Origin: Epithemia pelagica
Lineage: Eukaryota > Protista > Bacillariophyta
Length of the DNA: 64,000 nt
Assembly (NCBI GenBank): GCA_946965045.2
Contig: OX337237.1
Location: forward strand, 2,356,001 to 2,420,000
Reading direction: 5' to 3'
Part shown: positions 22,686 to 33,046 of the stretch, in pieces
Position numbering within the stretch: position 1 is the stretch's first letter
How the letters are laid out: each line of letters starts with the position of its first letter
The notes under the pieces: generated by a model
Database searches by the model: none
What the model saw: the letters and a program-made list of their open reading frames with translations, nothing else
What the model was told of the DNA's origin: nothing
Translations under genes and position numbers: made by a program

Positions 22686-23685
22686 AAGCAAAAAGCGAGT
22701 GTCAAGGGTGACTTGACTTTCAAATCGATCCCTCTAGGCTGGAAGACGTCGGTTCCCGTATCACATAAACGGCACTTCCGGTGCCAAGTCGTGGCTAGTT
22801 ACAGCTTTGTGACAGAGTCTTTACCTCTCTGTCATCAAGTTGTTGCTCACCCAGAGGCGACATGGTTGTATAAAGTCTGCGATATTCACCATGTGCACGT
22901 CTCATGGTCCCGAAAAAGGTAATGATGTACACGTCTCAGTAACCTGAAGGGTATCAAAAGCAAAAAGCGAGTGTCAAGGGTGACTTGGCTTTCAAATCGA
23001 TCCCTCTAGGCTGGAAGACATCAGTTCCCGTATCACATATACGGCACTTCAGGTGCCAAGTCGTGGCTCGCTACAGCTTTGTGACAGAGTCTTTACCTCT
23101 CTGTCATTAAGTTGTTGCTCACCCAGAGGTTACATGGTTGTATAAAGTCTGCGATATTCACCATGTGCACGTCTCATGGTCCCGAAAAAGGTAATGATGT
23201 GCACGTCTCAGTAACCTGAAGGGTATCAAAAGCAAAAAGCGAGTGTCAAGGGTGACTTGGCTTTCAAATCGATCCCTCTAGGCTGGAAGACGTCGGTTCC
23301 CGTATCACATAAACGGCACTTCAGGTGCCAAGTCGTGGCTCGCTACAGCTTTGTGACAGAGTCTTTACCTCTCTGTCTTGCTCACCCAGAGGTGACATGG
23401 TTGTATAAAGTCTGCGATATTCACTATGTACACGTCTCATGGTCTCGAAAAAGGTAATGATGTACACGTCTCAGTGACCTGAAGGGTATCAAAAGCAAAA
23501 AGCGAGTGTCAAGGGTGACTTGACTTTCAAATCGATCCCTCTAGGCTGGAAGACGTCGGTTCCCGTATCACATATACGGCATTTCAAGTGCCAAGTCGTG
23601 GCTCGCTACAGCTTTGTGACAGAGTCTTTACCTCTCTGTCTTTAAGTTGTTGCTCACCCAGAGGTGACATGGTTGTATAAAGTCT
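22686..23685. repeat. Tandem array of ~272-bp units (272, 272, 263, partial 193)
   Basis: Unit start AAGCAAAAAGCGAGTGTCAAGGG at 22686, 22958, 23230, 23493; unit 3 lacks 9 bp (ATTAAGTTG). Confidence 0.97.
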
Positions 23686-23888
23686 TGGATGACCACAATG
23701 TGCATGTCTTGGTACCGGTTCCATCAGCAAACGACAAAGTGAAGTAAACACAGAGATGTTGCAGTCATTGCAGAAAGCTCTACCACTTAGTGTTTGCAGA
23801 GATGGGGACGTGGAGTGATGCTTCGAAGAATCGCACACAAGGATTCTTTGTGTTAAGAACAGCAGCGCTATCGACTGGCTTTGTTGGA

Positions 23889-25373
23889 TTAACCAGGACT
23901 GGCGTGTGATTGCTTGCGCACTCGGACGAGTTCGCGAATATTGGAAACCCCATTATCATAGACTCGAATGGTTTCCAAGGTCAAAAGGTTGGGATAATTT
24001 GTCTCCACAACCCGCCACAACTCTTGAGTTCCTCCGCCAACACCAAAGTAATACCGTTTGGTCGCAAGGTAGGCCATCCCCGTTTCCGGTTTTAACCAGC
24101 GAGCCAACAAATGGCAAGTTTCTTGAGCTGATTCTAACGTGTATAAGGTTTCCGCGGCCAAAATCAAATCATACAATTCATCCGAATCCGTCGTTTTGCG
24201 ATTTACATCACTTATTACAGTAGGGCCTTCAGAGCCCTCTCCCAGACCACCGTTGTTCGTTTCGAGCCCATTTGAGGGAAACGGGACGAGACCCAACCAA
24301 TCACCCGTTCCAGCGTGGACGCTTTGAGTGAGTTGGTGAGCACATTGTTCCCGGGTGAGAGCTGCGTTGGCATTTGTTTTCTTGGATTCTGGTTCGTCCA
24401 CCACCTCCATGGTGGTGGTGGAGTAGCCTGGCGTCTCGTACAGCATGGCATGTAAGACATTAAGGACGAGATTGGGTATCGTCACAGTGGATATCACGGG
24501 AGCATTGTATTCGCACACATGAAGCTGAGGAAGCCGCTGCATCGAGTATGTCATGGACTCTTGTTTCAGTCCCTGCTGCTGCAACCAGCACTGTCGCAGT
24601 AAGTAAATGCTAGGCAAGGCATGTCCACATCCCAACTCCAAAATTTTGGGGACTGCGTGATCTGCAGATTCAGTCGGAGGCGCTCTCGTTGTCGTAGGAT
24701 CTTTTGCATCATTGTGCGATTCACCAAAGAGGAGCGATTGCAACCAGGGTCCATCTACAAACTCGGGAAGATTGCGGGGATCCATACCCTCGTACTGTGT
24801 GTGTTGTGGTTTTCCGGAAAGAGAAGAGTTGTCGTCGTTCCAAAATAAGCACTGATGCAAATAGCGGACCAAATCCAAACTGCATTCCCAGACTTGCAAA
24901 CCACCTTCGTAGACACCAGGCTTCACCACGCTCGTTTGATCGACCACTGTGGTTGTTGATGCCGTCGTCTGTGAAGGTTCTTGACCTTCCAATGGGGGAT
25001 GTTCCACCATTTCGGGCATATCCACAACCCAACGCAAAAGTCCATCGGATGCCTTTGACGAATCTTCCGGATCTTGTGATAATGGTTCCGCGTTGGACGG
25101 ATCTAGATTAACCGTTAGTTCGCGACAGGTGAGTTCGATTTCACATGCTTGTTCCAGAAGTTGCTGTACAACTTCTGGTTTCATCCATACAAAGGGTTGA
25201 CGGAGCGGGCGGTCCGTGACTGGTGTGCCAGAGCCACTAGTGTTGTCGTCCTGGTGGCTCCCTTGAACACTGTCGGATGTCGATTCTCGTCCTTGCGCAT
25301 TCTCTTGGGTACTTGTGGCGATTACGGCCTCGTCTGCCTCTGAAGGAATTTGAAAATCAAATGCAAAGGACAT
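23889..25373 (-). CDS. METTL18: Histidine protein methyltransferase (METTL18/Hpm1-like, Methyltransf_16 family), copy 1
   Basis: 'MSFAFDF' N-terminus, 'PGVYEGGLQVWECSLDL', motif I 'ILELGCGHALP', 'EYN..V', 'GDW', 'YDLILAAETLY', 'LATKRYYFGVGGG'. Confidence 0.85.
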   Translation of the reverse strand: MSFAFDFQIPSEADEAVIATSTQENAQGRESTSDSVQGSHQDDNTSGSGTPVTDRPLRQPFVWMKPEVVQQLLEQACEIELTCRELTVNLDPSNAEPLSQDPEDSSKASDGLLRWVVDMPEMVEHPPLEGQEPSQTTASTTTVVDQTSVVKPGVYEGGLQVWECSLDLVRYLHQCLFWNDDNSSLSGKPQHTQYEGMDPRNLPEFVDGPWLQSLLFGESHNDAKDPTTTRAPPTESADHAVPKILELGCGHALPSIYLLRQCWLQQQGLKQESMTYSMQRLPQLHVCEYNAPVISTVTIPNLVLNVLHAMLYETPGYSTTTMEVVDEPESKKTNANAALTREQCAHQLTQSVHAGTGDWLGLVPFPSNGLETNNGGLGEGSEGPTVISDVNRKTTDSDELYDLILAAETLYTLESAQETCHLLARWLKPETGMAYLATKRYYFGVGGGTQELWRVVETNYPNLLTLETIRVYDNGVSNIRELVRVRKQSHASPG

Positions 25374-25841
25374 TATTGGGCCGTGATGATGATGATAACA
25401 GGGCAGCCGAAGAGAAACAAACTGCTGTTGTGCTGTTTTCCATTCAACCGCACTGCACTGCGTTGCTCACTTCCTAATGTAGAAAATGAATAAGGTCCCG
25501 CGAACTGACAAAGACGTTGAGCAACAGGACAAATTAGCAATCTAAAAGGATGCCGTCATCGTCGGACCGTTTCACATTCCATTGAAAGGATGGGTGGAAT
25601 GGAATGCTCGGGGGAGATTTTAAAAACAGCAATACATCTCATCGTTTAGATCTCATTTTTGTTTTTGGTATCCTAAAAACGGTTTCTTAGAAACGATAGA
25701 GAGTATTAAGTTCCGTGCCACGAAGATCTTTCTGTCACGCACGGTCACACTCGATCGCGAAATGGACAGTTCGAGTGACAACAAGGGGCAAAAGGAAGAT
25801 TCAACTCCACGGGATGGTCCAACTTATTGCTCGTTCAAAGG

Positions 25842-26687
25842 ATGCCGCTTTATAACTGTCAACACATCTCATCATACTCGTCCATGTGGAGATGCCGGGT
25901 CCTGTTGAAGCGGTGGCGTCGGCAAGTATCCTCCTCTATGACGCCCAACCATGGCTCCTGTTCCTTGAAGAATCATCGAATCTGCTGGCTTTCTTCTTCT
26001 ACTGGTACAAGCAGTAGTTCGAGTGGGATCCGTCACGAAAAGGACGAATCGACGATGAAGGAACCAGAAGTTTCGTTTTCCAAGAACCATCCGCGGTCTT
26101 TGGCGTCCACTCCTCCCACCACCGCATCGGAAACGGAAAACGCTCCTCGACCGCGGCGGAAACGCCATCGTTTTGATGGAATGAATGAGATTCCATCATT
26201 TCAACAGTTTCAGCAGAAACAACAAGTACGAGCACTCTACCGCAAATTCTTGCGATTAATTTACTCCATTGATGAATCGGACAATGATGGTACAAGTACT
26301 CGCCGAGAACTCTTGAATCAGTTGCAGCGACAGTTTCGGCAAAACTACAATAGCGATGGAAGTAGTCCTACTCAAGCTGGTGAAAGTGGTGGATCCACCA
26401 CCGGAGATTCTGTGAGTGGATCTTCGGCATCCATGTCCATGTGGGATATTAAACGAGCCTTGAGCGAAGGAAGCAAACGATACAAGGAAGTATCGGCGAT
26501 GCTAGGCAATGCCGTCAAGTCAAAGAAGAAGGCTCGTCAACAGGACAAGGACCAAACTTCTGAGGCATCACCATCGTCACCCAAGCCAATCGCGACAACC
26601 GCGTGGCCATGGCAGCAACAATCAGAAGAAGAACCAAATGGCATACCCAAGCGTCCTTCGCCATTTCCCAAAAAATCCGGTCTCTAA
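25842..26687 (+). CDS. Mitochondrial LYR-motif protein, copy 1
   Basis: 'VRALYRKFLRL...LLNQLQRQFR' LYR pattern; Arg/Ser-rich presequence. Confidence 0.7.
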   Translation: MPLYNCQHISSYSSMWRCRVLLKRWRRQVSSSMTPNHGSCSLKNHRICWLSSSTGTSSSSSGIRHEKDESTMKEPEVSFSKNHPRSLASTPPTTASETENAPRPRRKRHRFDGMNEIPSFQQFQQKQQVRALYRKFLRLIYSIDESDNDGTSTRRELLNQLQRQFRQNYNSDGSSPTQAGESGGSTTGDSVSGSSASMSMWDIKRALSEGSKRYKEVSAMLGNAVKSKKKARQQDKDQTSEASPSSPKPIATTAWPWQQQSEEEPNGIPKRPSPFPKKSGL

Positions 26688-26988
26688 GACAAAGAGACTA
26701 AGAGTTAAGGGAATGTAATTGAAGCGACATGGAACAAACGATGTGGTGGAACCAGCATGGTACTAAGCTCCTAGCCACGAAAATCACAAGGAGGAAATGG
26801 TAAGAGTGACTGCCGATCAAGAAGCCTGACGGAAATATGTTTGGAGTATTCACTTTGCCTTTCAATATGCCCTTCACTATTTTGTGAATGGTCTAAAACA
26901 GATGCGGCACAAGAGAAAAGGGATACTTTGAGATCTCGAAGAGTAAAATCATGCGGCATCTAGTCACTTCACGTTATGCATATCAGTT

Positions 26989-27984
26989 TCATGCTGTTTT
27001 CTTTTGAGACACCGAGATATAATCGACTTCCATTGTGTGCTCGGTAAAGTTTTCGTCGGGGGCAGATCCCCACTCGGGATGCAGGGCGTTATTCAAGATA
27101 AGATAAAAGGGATTGTCCTCAGTGTACGGCCAGTTATTTACGTTGGAATCTGCAGGACGATTGTATCGTCCAATTTCCTCGCCGTCATGGGAAAAGGAAA
27201 TAAAATCAGGCGTCCATTCCATGGTATACAAGTGCCAATCCTTGGTAAGGAAGTTCTCCGTCCCATGAAACGAAAGTGCGTCACCGCCATGTCGATCCTG
27301 AAAATGAAGGGTAGCAGGGGTATAATTCCATATGGATTGATATTCGAAGAAATCAATCTCGCCACACAGCGGCCAATTGACATTTGGGTCATCTTTCTTG
27401 AGGGATAAGGCCCACACAGCCGCAAAAGGACCATCAATGTGATCTTTAATTCGGATTCTTGCTTCGACCTTACCATAGGCAAACGAGAAGGTGTCTCGGG
27501 TCACCAGGCGGGCCGATGTGTAAGGGTATTCCGATGAAGGATCCTCCTTGACGATACGAACATGAAGACTACCATTCTCGGTAAAGGCATTGGAAGGTGA
27601 ATCGGTGTAATATTGCTGCTCTCCATTCCCCCACCCTGAGTTATTAGGGCCTCTGCCAATGTCAAATCCCCAAACATCAAGATTCAAGGGACCGTCAAAG
27701 TCGTCCCGGAATACCTCTTGGTAGTCGTCATTGGTCAAGGACGAGTGAAGAGATGACGAGCAAAACGAACGACCACAAAATGTGAGAAAGGAAGGGTAGC
27801 GATCCGTGAAACGTTGCGACTTGTAATCAAACCCATGAGAACTTAAGCTTGATGACTTGCTTAAGGTGGAATGAGAAACAAAGGATGGGTGTTTCGCTGG
27901 CGAATACAAGTTACTGAACCCAATCACTCCTTGTTGAGAACACAAGATTAGACAGATGGGAACAAACTGAATGGTCCACGACAT
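26989..27984 (-). CDS. GH16 beta-1,3-glucanase (laminarinase-like) with signal peptide + Phe presequence, copy 1
   Basis: 'FRDDFDG', 'GWGNGEQQYY', 'YTSARL', 'YGKVEARI', catalytic 'WPLCGEIDFFE' (ExDxxE), 'WHLYTMEWTPD'; ATG 27984 gives MSWTIQFVPICLILCSQQGVIG-FSN. Confidence 0.9.
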   Translation of the reverse strand: MSWTIQFVPICLILCSQQGVIGFSNLYSPAKHPSFVSHSTLSKSSSLSSHGFDYKSQRFTDRYPSFLTFCGRSFCSSSLHSSLTNDDYQEVFRDDFDGPLNLDVWGFDIGRGPNNSGWGNGEQQYYTDSPSNAFTENGSLHVRIVKEDPSSEYPYTSARLVTRDTFSFAYGKVEARIRIKDHIDGPFAAVWALSLKKDDPNVNWPLCGEIDFFEYQSIWNYTPATLHFQDRHGGDALSFHGTENFLTKDWHLYTMEWTPDFISFSHDGEEIGRYNRPADSNVNNWPYTEDNPFYLILNNALHPEWGSAPDENFTEHTMEVDYISVSQKKTA

Positions 27985-28405
27985 CGTTATTGCGTGCCAT
28001 GTAGTATACTTTTGGATGGTTGCGAGTTGCGAATGGTATAAGACCAAGTTTTGTGAGAACAAGAAAGTTTTACATTGTGGGTTCGGCTGTCTGTCGCTCG
28101 ACAGAGATGCAGGGATATCATACGATCTTACCCCGTACACGTGCACGATACAAACAGCTGGCCACTCGCGTGGCTTCAAAGTCGTGACTAAAAGGATTCG
28201 GAACAAGATGCAGCCACATGCATCCAAGATCCAAGGCAATCCTGTGTGCAGTTGCACAGAGTGACCAATCACTCAACAGAGCAAGAGCGTAAGAAGGTAC
28301 TGTTTGGATTCGGGCTTTCACGCTTTCCCTCCACAAAGGTCGACGAGGATCACACAAAAACCAATTTTGGAGATCATTCACTTTTTCTCACCAGTCACAT
28401 TCATT

Positions 28406-29086
28406 ATGCTTGTAAAAGCCACTTCTATTGTCGTTGGTCTTTTGGCGAGCCATGTGTCCTGTTTCAGCCCCGTCCCTAAATCTTCTATTTCGTCAACCAC
28501 AAGGAATACAGGCCTAAAAAGTTCGACTGAAAGTACGGAGTACCCCTTTCGTCCCACAGAGCAGTCATGGTACCAATACTACGGCCTTGAGGCAGATTTT
28601 TCGACCGTCGGTGTTCCTCAAGAAACCATCGACGCATTGGTCCAAAAGTCGATTGATTACATTGCTCTTCGGGAGGAAACATTTCCGGACATTTCTGAAG
28701 AATACACCCTCGAGATGATTGAACAAGAAAACAAGGAATGGTTTCCGACTCATTGCGGTACCTACTTTGCAGGCCGTGGGGATCTAAACGAGCAGGAATA
28801 CAACACCAATGTGGTGTATCACATGTCGGATGGAATCATCGTGGGTGCCGAAGCATCGCATGCTCGTGAGGCTCAGTGGCCACTCGGTCCCCCTAACAAC
28901 ATGTTATGGCCCCTTGTCCAATTTTGGGGTGAGATGGTGTACTTTGAATGGATCTATTTGGATCAGTATACAGGAGAAATGCTCGCCAAGGGAAGCTGTA
29001 CCATGGCCCGACGCGGTCACCGCGGTGGTATCTACTACAAATCCGAGCAGCTCTCATTCTTCAGAGATGTGTATCGAAAGGAATAG
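28406..29086 (+). CDS. Uncharacterised protein, probably plastid-targeted, NTF2/SnoaL-like fold suspected, copy 1
   Basis: MLVKATSIVVGLLASHVSC-FSP presequence. Core 'EWFPTHC..GRGDL..EY...VVY', 'LWPLVQFWGEMVYFEW', 'RRGHRGGIYYKSEQLSFFRDVY' recalls bacterial SnoaL-like proteins (recognition only). Confidence 0.6.
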   Translation: MLVKATSIVVGLLASHVSCFSPVPKSSISSTTRNTGLKSSTESTEYPFRPTEQSWYQYYGLEADFSTVGVPQETIDALVQKSIDYIALREETFPDISEEYTLEMIEQENKEWFPTHCGTYFAGRGDLNEQEYNTNVVYHMSDGIIVGAEASHAREAQWPLGPPNNMLWPLVQFWGEMVYFEWIYLDQYTGEMLAKGSCTMARRGHRGGIYYKSEQLSFFRDVYRKE

Positions 29087-29327
29087 TTCCAGAGATAAAA
29101 TAGAAAGCTCATTGTGGTTGATGCATTGAATTCCATTTTCTTTGTTGGATAGGGGAAAGGAACTTCTCATGTAGGCTGGTCGATGGCCTGTGAAGGTCGA
29201 ATCAGAGTCAATTGGTGGTGGATCATGGGAGAGGGCGAGTCATTCCGCATAGAGCGTATTCGTGACGTAGGTTGCTGGGAAAAGCGACCGCTCATGGAGC
29301 ATGGAATGCCCATCGAACAGTTCATGA

Positions 29328-29579
29328 AGTCCTCTATTCACGACTTTCGACGCTATCTTTTCCTCTATATTGAGTGCAGCCTATCGACGTCGCCTTCTCG
29401 TGGATATAGGTCGATTCTCTTTCGTACTCGTAGTTGGTTATGGAGTCCTCTAATCACGACTTTTAAGGCTATCTTTTCTTCTGTTCAAGATTGCTCATGA
29501 ATAGTGAATGCTGGAGATGAATTCTCCTCGCGGGAGATCACGGAGTCCTCTAATCACGACTTTCGGTGTTATCTTTTCT
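29328..29579. repeat. Three degenerate ~36-bp direct repeats (AGTCCTCTAATCACGACTTT..ATCTTTTC) at 116/100-bp spacing; duplicated at 38507-38758
   Basis: Copies start at 29328, 29444 and 29544. Confidence 0.8.
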
Positions 29580-30311
29580 TATGCTCAGGCTGTCTCAAGC
29601 ACCGTCAGCCGACCATGTCGATTGTTGATACGATCGAATCTGGGAAGGGGCTAGCCTGCATCCGACACAGGGAATCGTTGGCTACGTCGTCTCTTTCGAG
29701 CAGCACGAAATTCTGAACAGATGGACCCAACAGCAGGACATAGATGGCCTGAGCCAACCAAAGTGAGACACGGTGACGAACAAATCTGGGGATTGTTCTG
29801 TCATCCATTGTTCCCTAGTCACGATTTTCACTGCGGTCAGCTACGTAGAAAGATCGGTCTTGGAAATCACGACATGTCCTTTAATCACGTCTTTGGAAGG
29901 CCATTCCGAGAACAATTTTATGTTACGTGGACCGTTCGTGTTCGCAATCTTTTCCACCCTGCGTGTGGGTGTTTTGCCTCTACAACGTATTGTAGGCTAT
30001 GCACGCGTGATAGGCCATGTGAGATAATAGAGACACGTGTCCATTCAGTGAAACGCGGGGGGGCAACCCCCCCAACAAGACCATGTCTCGAAATTTGCTT
30101 CGTCATCGATGATACTCCCTCCTTTTCTTCCCAACAATCAGCGACATCAACAGTAGCACAAGGACAAGTCGAAAAGATATAATCACGACTTTAAAAATCA
30201 AGACTAATCCTCTACTTGGAAAGATCTTTGCGCGAAACTCAATGGATACCAAGATTTGTGTTCGAATGAACGTCTCATTACGTGAGCTCATAAATTCACA
30301 CTTGCAAGTGA

Positions 30312-31718
30312 ATGAAACACAATATGAAATTCTCAAACGCTGCTTTTCTGACCCTCCTCAGCTCGGTGTCCGCGCCATGGGCCTCTGCTTTTGTACCCGG
30401 TGTGGCACCTCGACGCCCCGTGGCATTTGCACCGAGTGCCATCCAAGAACAAGGCTCATTGTTCCGTTCGCTGGTAGCCTCTGAACTGTGGGCAGCATCC
30501 ACGGATACAATTCCGGCAACTGGAACCGTCACGGCAACGGACACCACGTGGACATTGAACTTCGTACATACGCTTGCTGACATTGACGCTGGAAAGCCCC
30601 AATGGTCTGAAGATGTTCCCGCTATCCAGCTTGCCAACGACGTCGGCGTGACGGTGACCGCCATGCCAAAGGGGGCAAACATGGTTGAATTGTCTCTTGG
30701 TGGAAAGAACTTTGTATGGGAGAACAAGGAGGGTGCCACCTACTATGGAGAAGGCTCTGATGCTTTCCCCCTGACCCGTGGACTCATCTTGAACGGCGGC
30801 ATTCGGTTCGCCGCCGTGTGTGCGGAACACGGATTGTACTACGACACGGATTGGGACATGACCTGGGAAGGTACGGACGATGAAAAGAGCATCTTGTTGT
30901 CGATTACGGACACCGCAGAGCAACGTGCCAAAGTTGGTGATCCCTTGAACGTTGGACAATGGAACCGTGAAGATCAAGCAGGCAAGGAAATTCCAGGCAC
31001 CATGACCAAGTACCCCGTGACCAACATGAAATTCACTTACAAGATCACCTTGAAGGCAGGTGAAGATTTTGTACGACTCTCCATGACCGTGGAGAACCCA
31101 ACTGACCAAGGCGCCAATGCCGAAGCATGGCTCCCCATGACCTTCCCGATCGACGCGGACTCGGAGATTCTGTCTCGTCAAGTCACTCGCTGGCGTCGTG
31201 ATGAATCGTGGAATGGTTTCCTTCCCAACGTGATCCGTTGGGCCGACATTGGACAGTACGGCTACGATTTCAATAAGCCCCTCAGCTGGCCTGAGTCTGG
31301 TATCTTCTACGATTTCCCCGAGAAGCAAGGCACCTACCACGGTTGCACGGTCGACGAGCCTGGCAAGGGCGTCGTTTACTATGCCCCAGAAACCAGCTCC
31401 CATTACACCAAGATGTGGGGCTGGGGAGATCCAGCCAACTTTGACCGTCAGGATGCCATTGTCAACGATCCGTTGGCCGCCGGACGTCCCTACTCTGAGT
31501 ACTATGAACCTTGGAGCAGTGGCTTCAACTTTGCCTTTTTCCAGACGACGGAATTCAAGCCCAAGATGAAATACAACTGGGAAGTCGCTGTCCTCCCGAT
31601 CCCGGCTGGTCTCACGGGAGACTTGGAAGCCAAGCTTACCGCTGTTGAAGGTCACATTGAAGATCGCAAAGACAAACTTGCGTCCATTGCCGATGTCACC
31701 GCAACTCCTGTGGAGTAG
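30312..31718 (+). CDS. Plastid-targeted (ASAFVP) DUF5107-like / galactose-mutarotase-fold protein, copy 1
   Basis: Signal 'MKFSNAAFLTLLSSVSAPWASA-FVP'. 'LAN..VTVTAMP.G...NFVWEN', 'NGGIRF....EH', 'LSMTVENPT', 'TKMWGWG', 'YYEPWSSG' resemble bacterial DUF5107. Strong C/G-ending codon bias. Confidence 0.7.
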   Translation: MKHNMKFSNAAFLTLLSSVSAPWASAFVPGVAPRRPVAFAPSAIQEQGSLFRSLVASELWAASTDTIPATGTVTATDTTWTLNFVHTLADIDAGKPQWSEDVPAIQLANDVGVTVTAMPKGANMVELSLGGKNFVWENKEGATYYGEGSDAFPLTRGLILNGGIRFAAVCAEHGLYYDTDWDMTWEGTDDEKSILLSITDTAEQRAKVGDPLNVGQWNREDQAGKEIPGTMTKYPVTNMKFTYKITLKAGEDFVRLSMTVENPTDQGANAEAWLPMTFPIDADSEILSRQVTRWRRDESWNGFLPNVIRWADIGQYGYDFNKPLSWPESGIFYDFPEKQGTYHGCTVDEPGKGVVYYAPETSSHYTKMWGWGDPANFDRQDAIVNDPLAAGRPYSEYYEPWSSGFNFAFFQTTEFKPKMKYNWEVAVLPIPAGLTGDLEAKLTAVEGHIEDRKDKLASIADVTATPVE

Positions 31719-31864
31719 ATAGAGAACTCAAGTCATCATTTTAGGCAAAGTCTTTCAGCCCACGACACTTGTTTCTCTCGTCTCTGCGTTGACTGCACCT
31801 CGTATAGATTGAACCTGTGCAATACCTCTAACATCGCTAATAGACCCATAGCTGACAAACATCG

Positions 31865-32864
31865 AAGCAAAAAGCGAGTGTCAAGGGTGCTTTGACTTTC
31901 AAATCGATCCCTCTAAGCTGGAAGACGTCGGTTCCCGTATCACATATACGGCACTTCAGGTGCCAAGTCGTGGCTCGCTACAGCGTTGTGACAGAGTCTT
32001 TACTTCTCAGTCATTAAGTTGCTGCTCACCCAGTGGTGACATGGTTGTATAAAGTCTGCGATATTCACCATGTACACGTCTCATGGTCCCAAAAAGGTAA
32101 TGATATGCACAACCTGAAGGGTATCAAAAGCAAAAAGCGAGTGTCAAGGGTGACTTGACTTTCAAATCGATCCCTCTAGGCTGGAAGACGTCGGTTCCCG
32201 TATCACATATACGGCACTTCAGGTGCCAAGTCGTGGCTCGCTACAGCTTTGTGACAGAGTCTTTACCTCTCTGCCATTAAGTTGTTGCTCACCCAGAGGT
32301 GACATGGTTGTATAAAGTCTGCGATATTCACCATGTGCACGTCTCATGGTCCCGAAAAAGGTAATGATGTGCACGTCTCAGTAACCTGAAGGGTCTCAAA
32401 AGCAAAAAGCGAGTGTCAAGGGTGACTTGGCTTTCAAATCGATCCCTCTAGGCTGGAAGACGTCGGTTCCCGTATCACATGTACGGCACTTCAGGTGCCA
32501 AGTCGTGGCTCGCTACAACTCTGTGACTGAGTCTTTACCTCTCTATCATTAAGTTGTTGCTCACCCAGAGGTTACATGGTTGTATAAAGTCTGCGATATT
32601 CACCATGTGCACGTCTCATGGTCCCGAAAAAGGTAATGATGTGCACGTCTCAGTAACCTGAAGGGTATCAAAAGCAAAAAGCGAGTGTCAAGGGTGACTT
32701 GGCTTTCACATCGATCCCTCTAGGCTGGAAGACGTCGGTTCCCGTATCACATGTACGGCACTTCAGGTGCCAAGTCGTGGCTCGCTACAGCTTTGTGAAA
32801 GAGTCTTTACCTCTCTGTCATTAAGTTGTTGCTCACCCAGAGGTGACATGGTTGTATAAAGTCT
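31865..32864. repeat. Tandem array of ~272-bp units (263, 272, 272, partial 193), second copy
   Basis: Unit starts at 31865, 32128, 32400, 32672; unit 1 carries a different deletion (GTCTCAGT plus 1 G). Confidence 0.97.
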
Positions 32865-33046
32865 TGGATGACCACAATGTGCATGTCTTGGTACCGGTTC
32901 CATCAGCAAACGACGAAGTGAAGTAAACACCGAGATGTTGCCGTCATTGCAGAAAGCTCTACCACTAAGTGTTTGCAGAGATGGGGACGTGGAGTGATGC
33001 TTCGAAGAATCGCACACAAGAATTCTTTGGGTTAAGAACAGCAGCG

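Larger units (their letters stand above)
22624..31802 (+). repeat. Tandem segmental duplication, copy 1 (period 9179 bp)
   Basis: All genes and the array recur at +9179. Left edge aat|TATagattgaacc (22624); junction cg|TAT|agattgaacc (31801-31805). Confidence 0.97.

Noticed and set aside
22713-23457. 66-69-aa ORFs inside the tandem array
   Set aside because: They start at non-ATG codons, the unit length is not a multiple of 3, and they are broken in other units.
22686-23685. 272-bp array as a CRISPR array, or as SRP RNA or tracrRNA-like elements
   Set aside because: Units are repeated along their whole length, so there are no unique spacers and no cas genes. The SRP helix-8 motif is incomplete (AGGCTGGAAG without the AGCAG partner). 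The GGCAC..GTGCC resemblance to tracrRNA is too short to mean anything.
29328-29579. Repeat-spacer pattern as a mini-CRISPR
   Set aside because: Only three degenerate repeats, with long uneven spacers and no cas genes, in a eukaryotic context.
30456-31655. 399-aa antisense ORF (456 aa in copy 2, 39635-41005)
   Set aside because: Mirror of the strongly codon-biased sense gene; no recognisable motifs.
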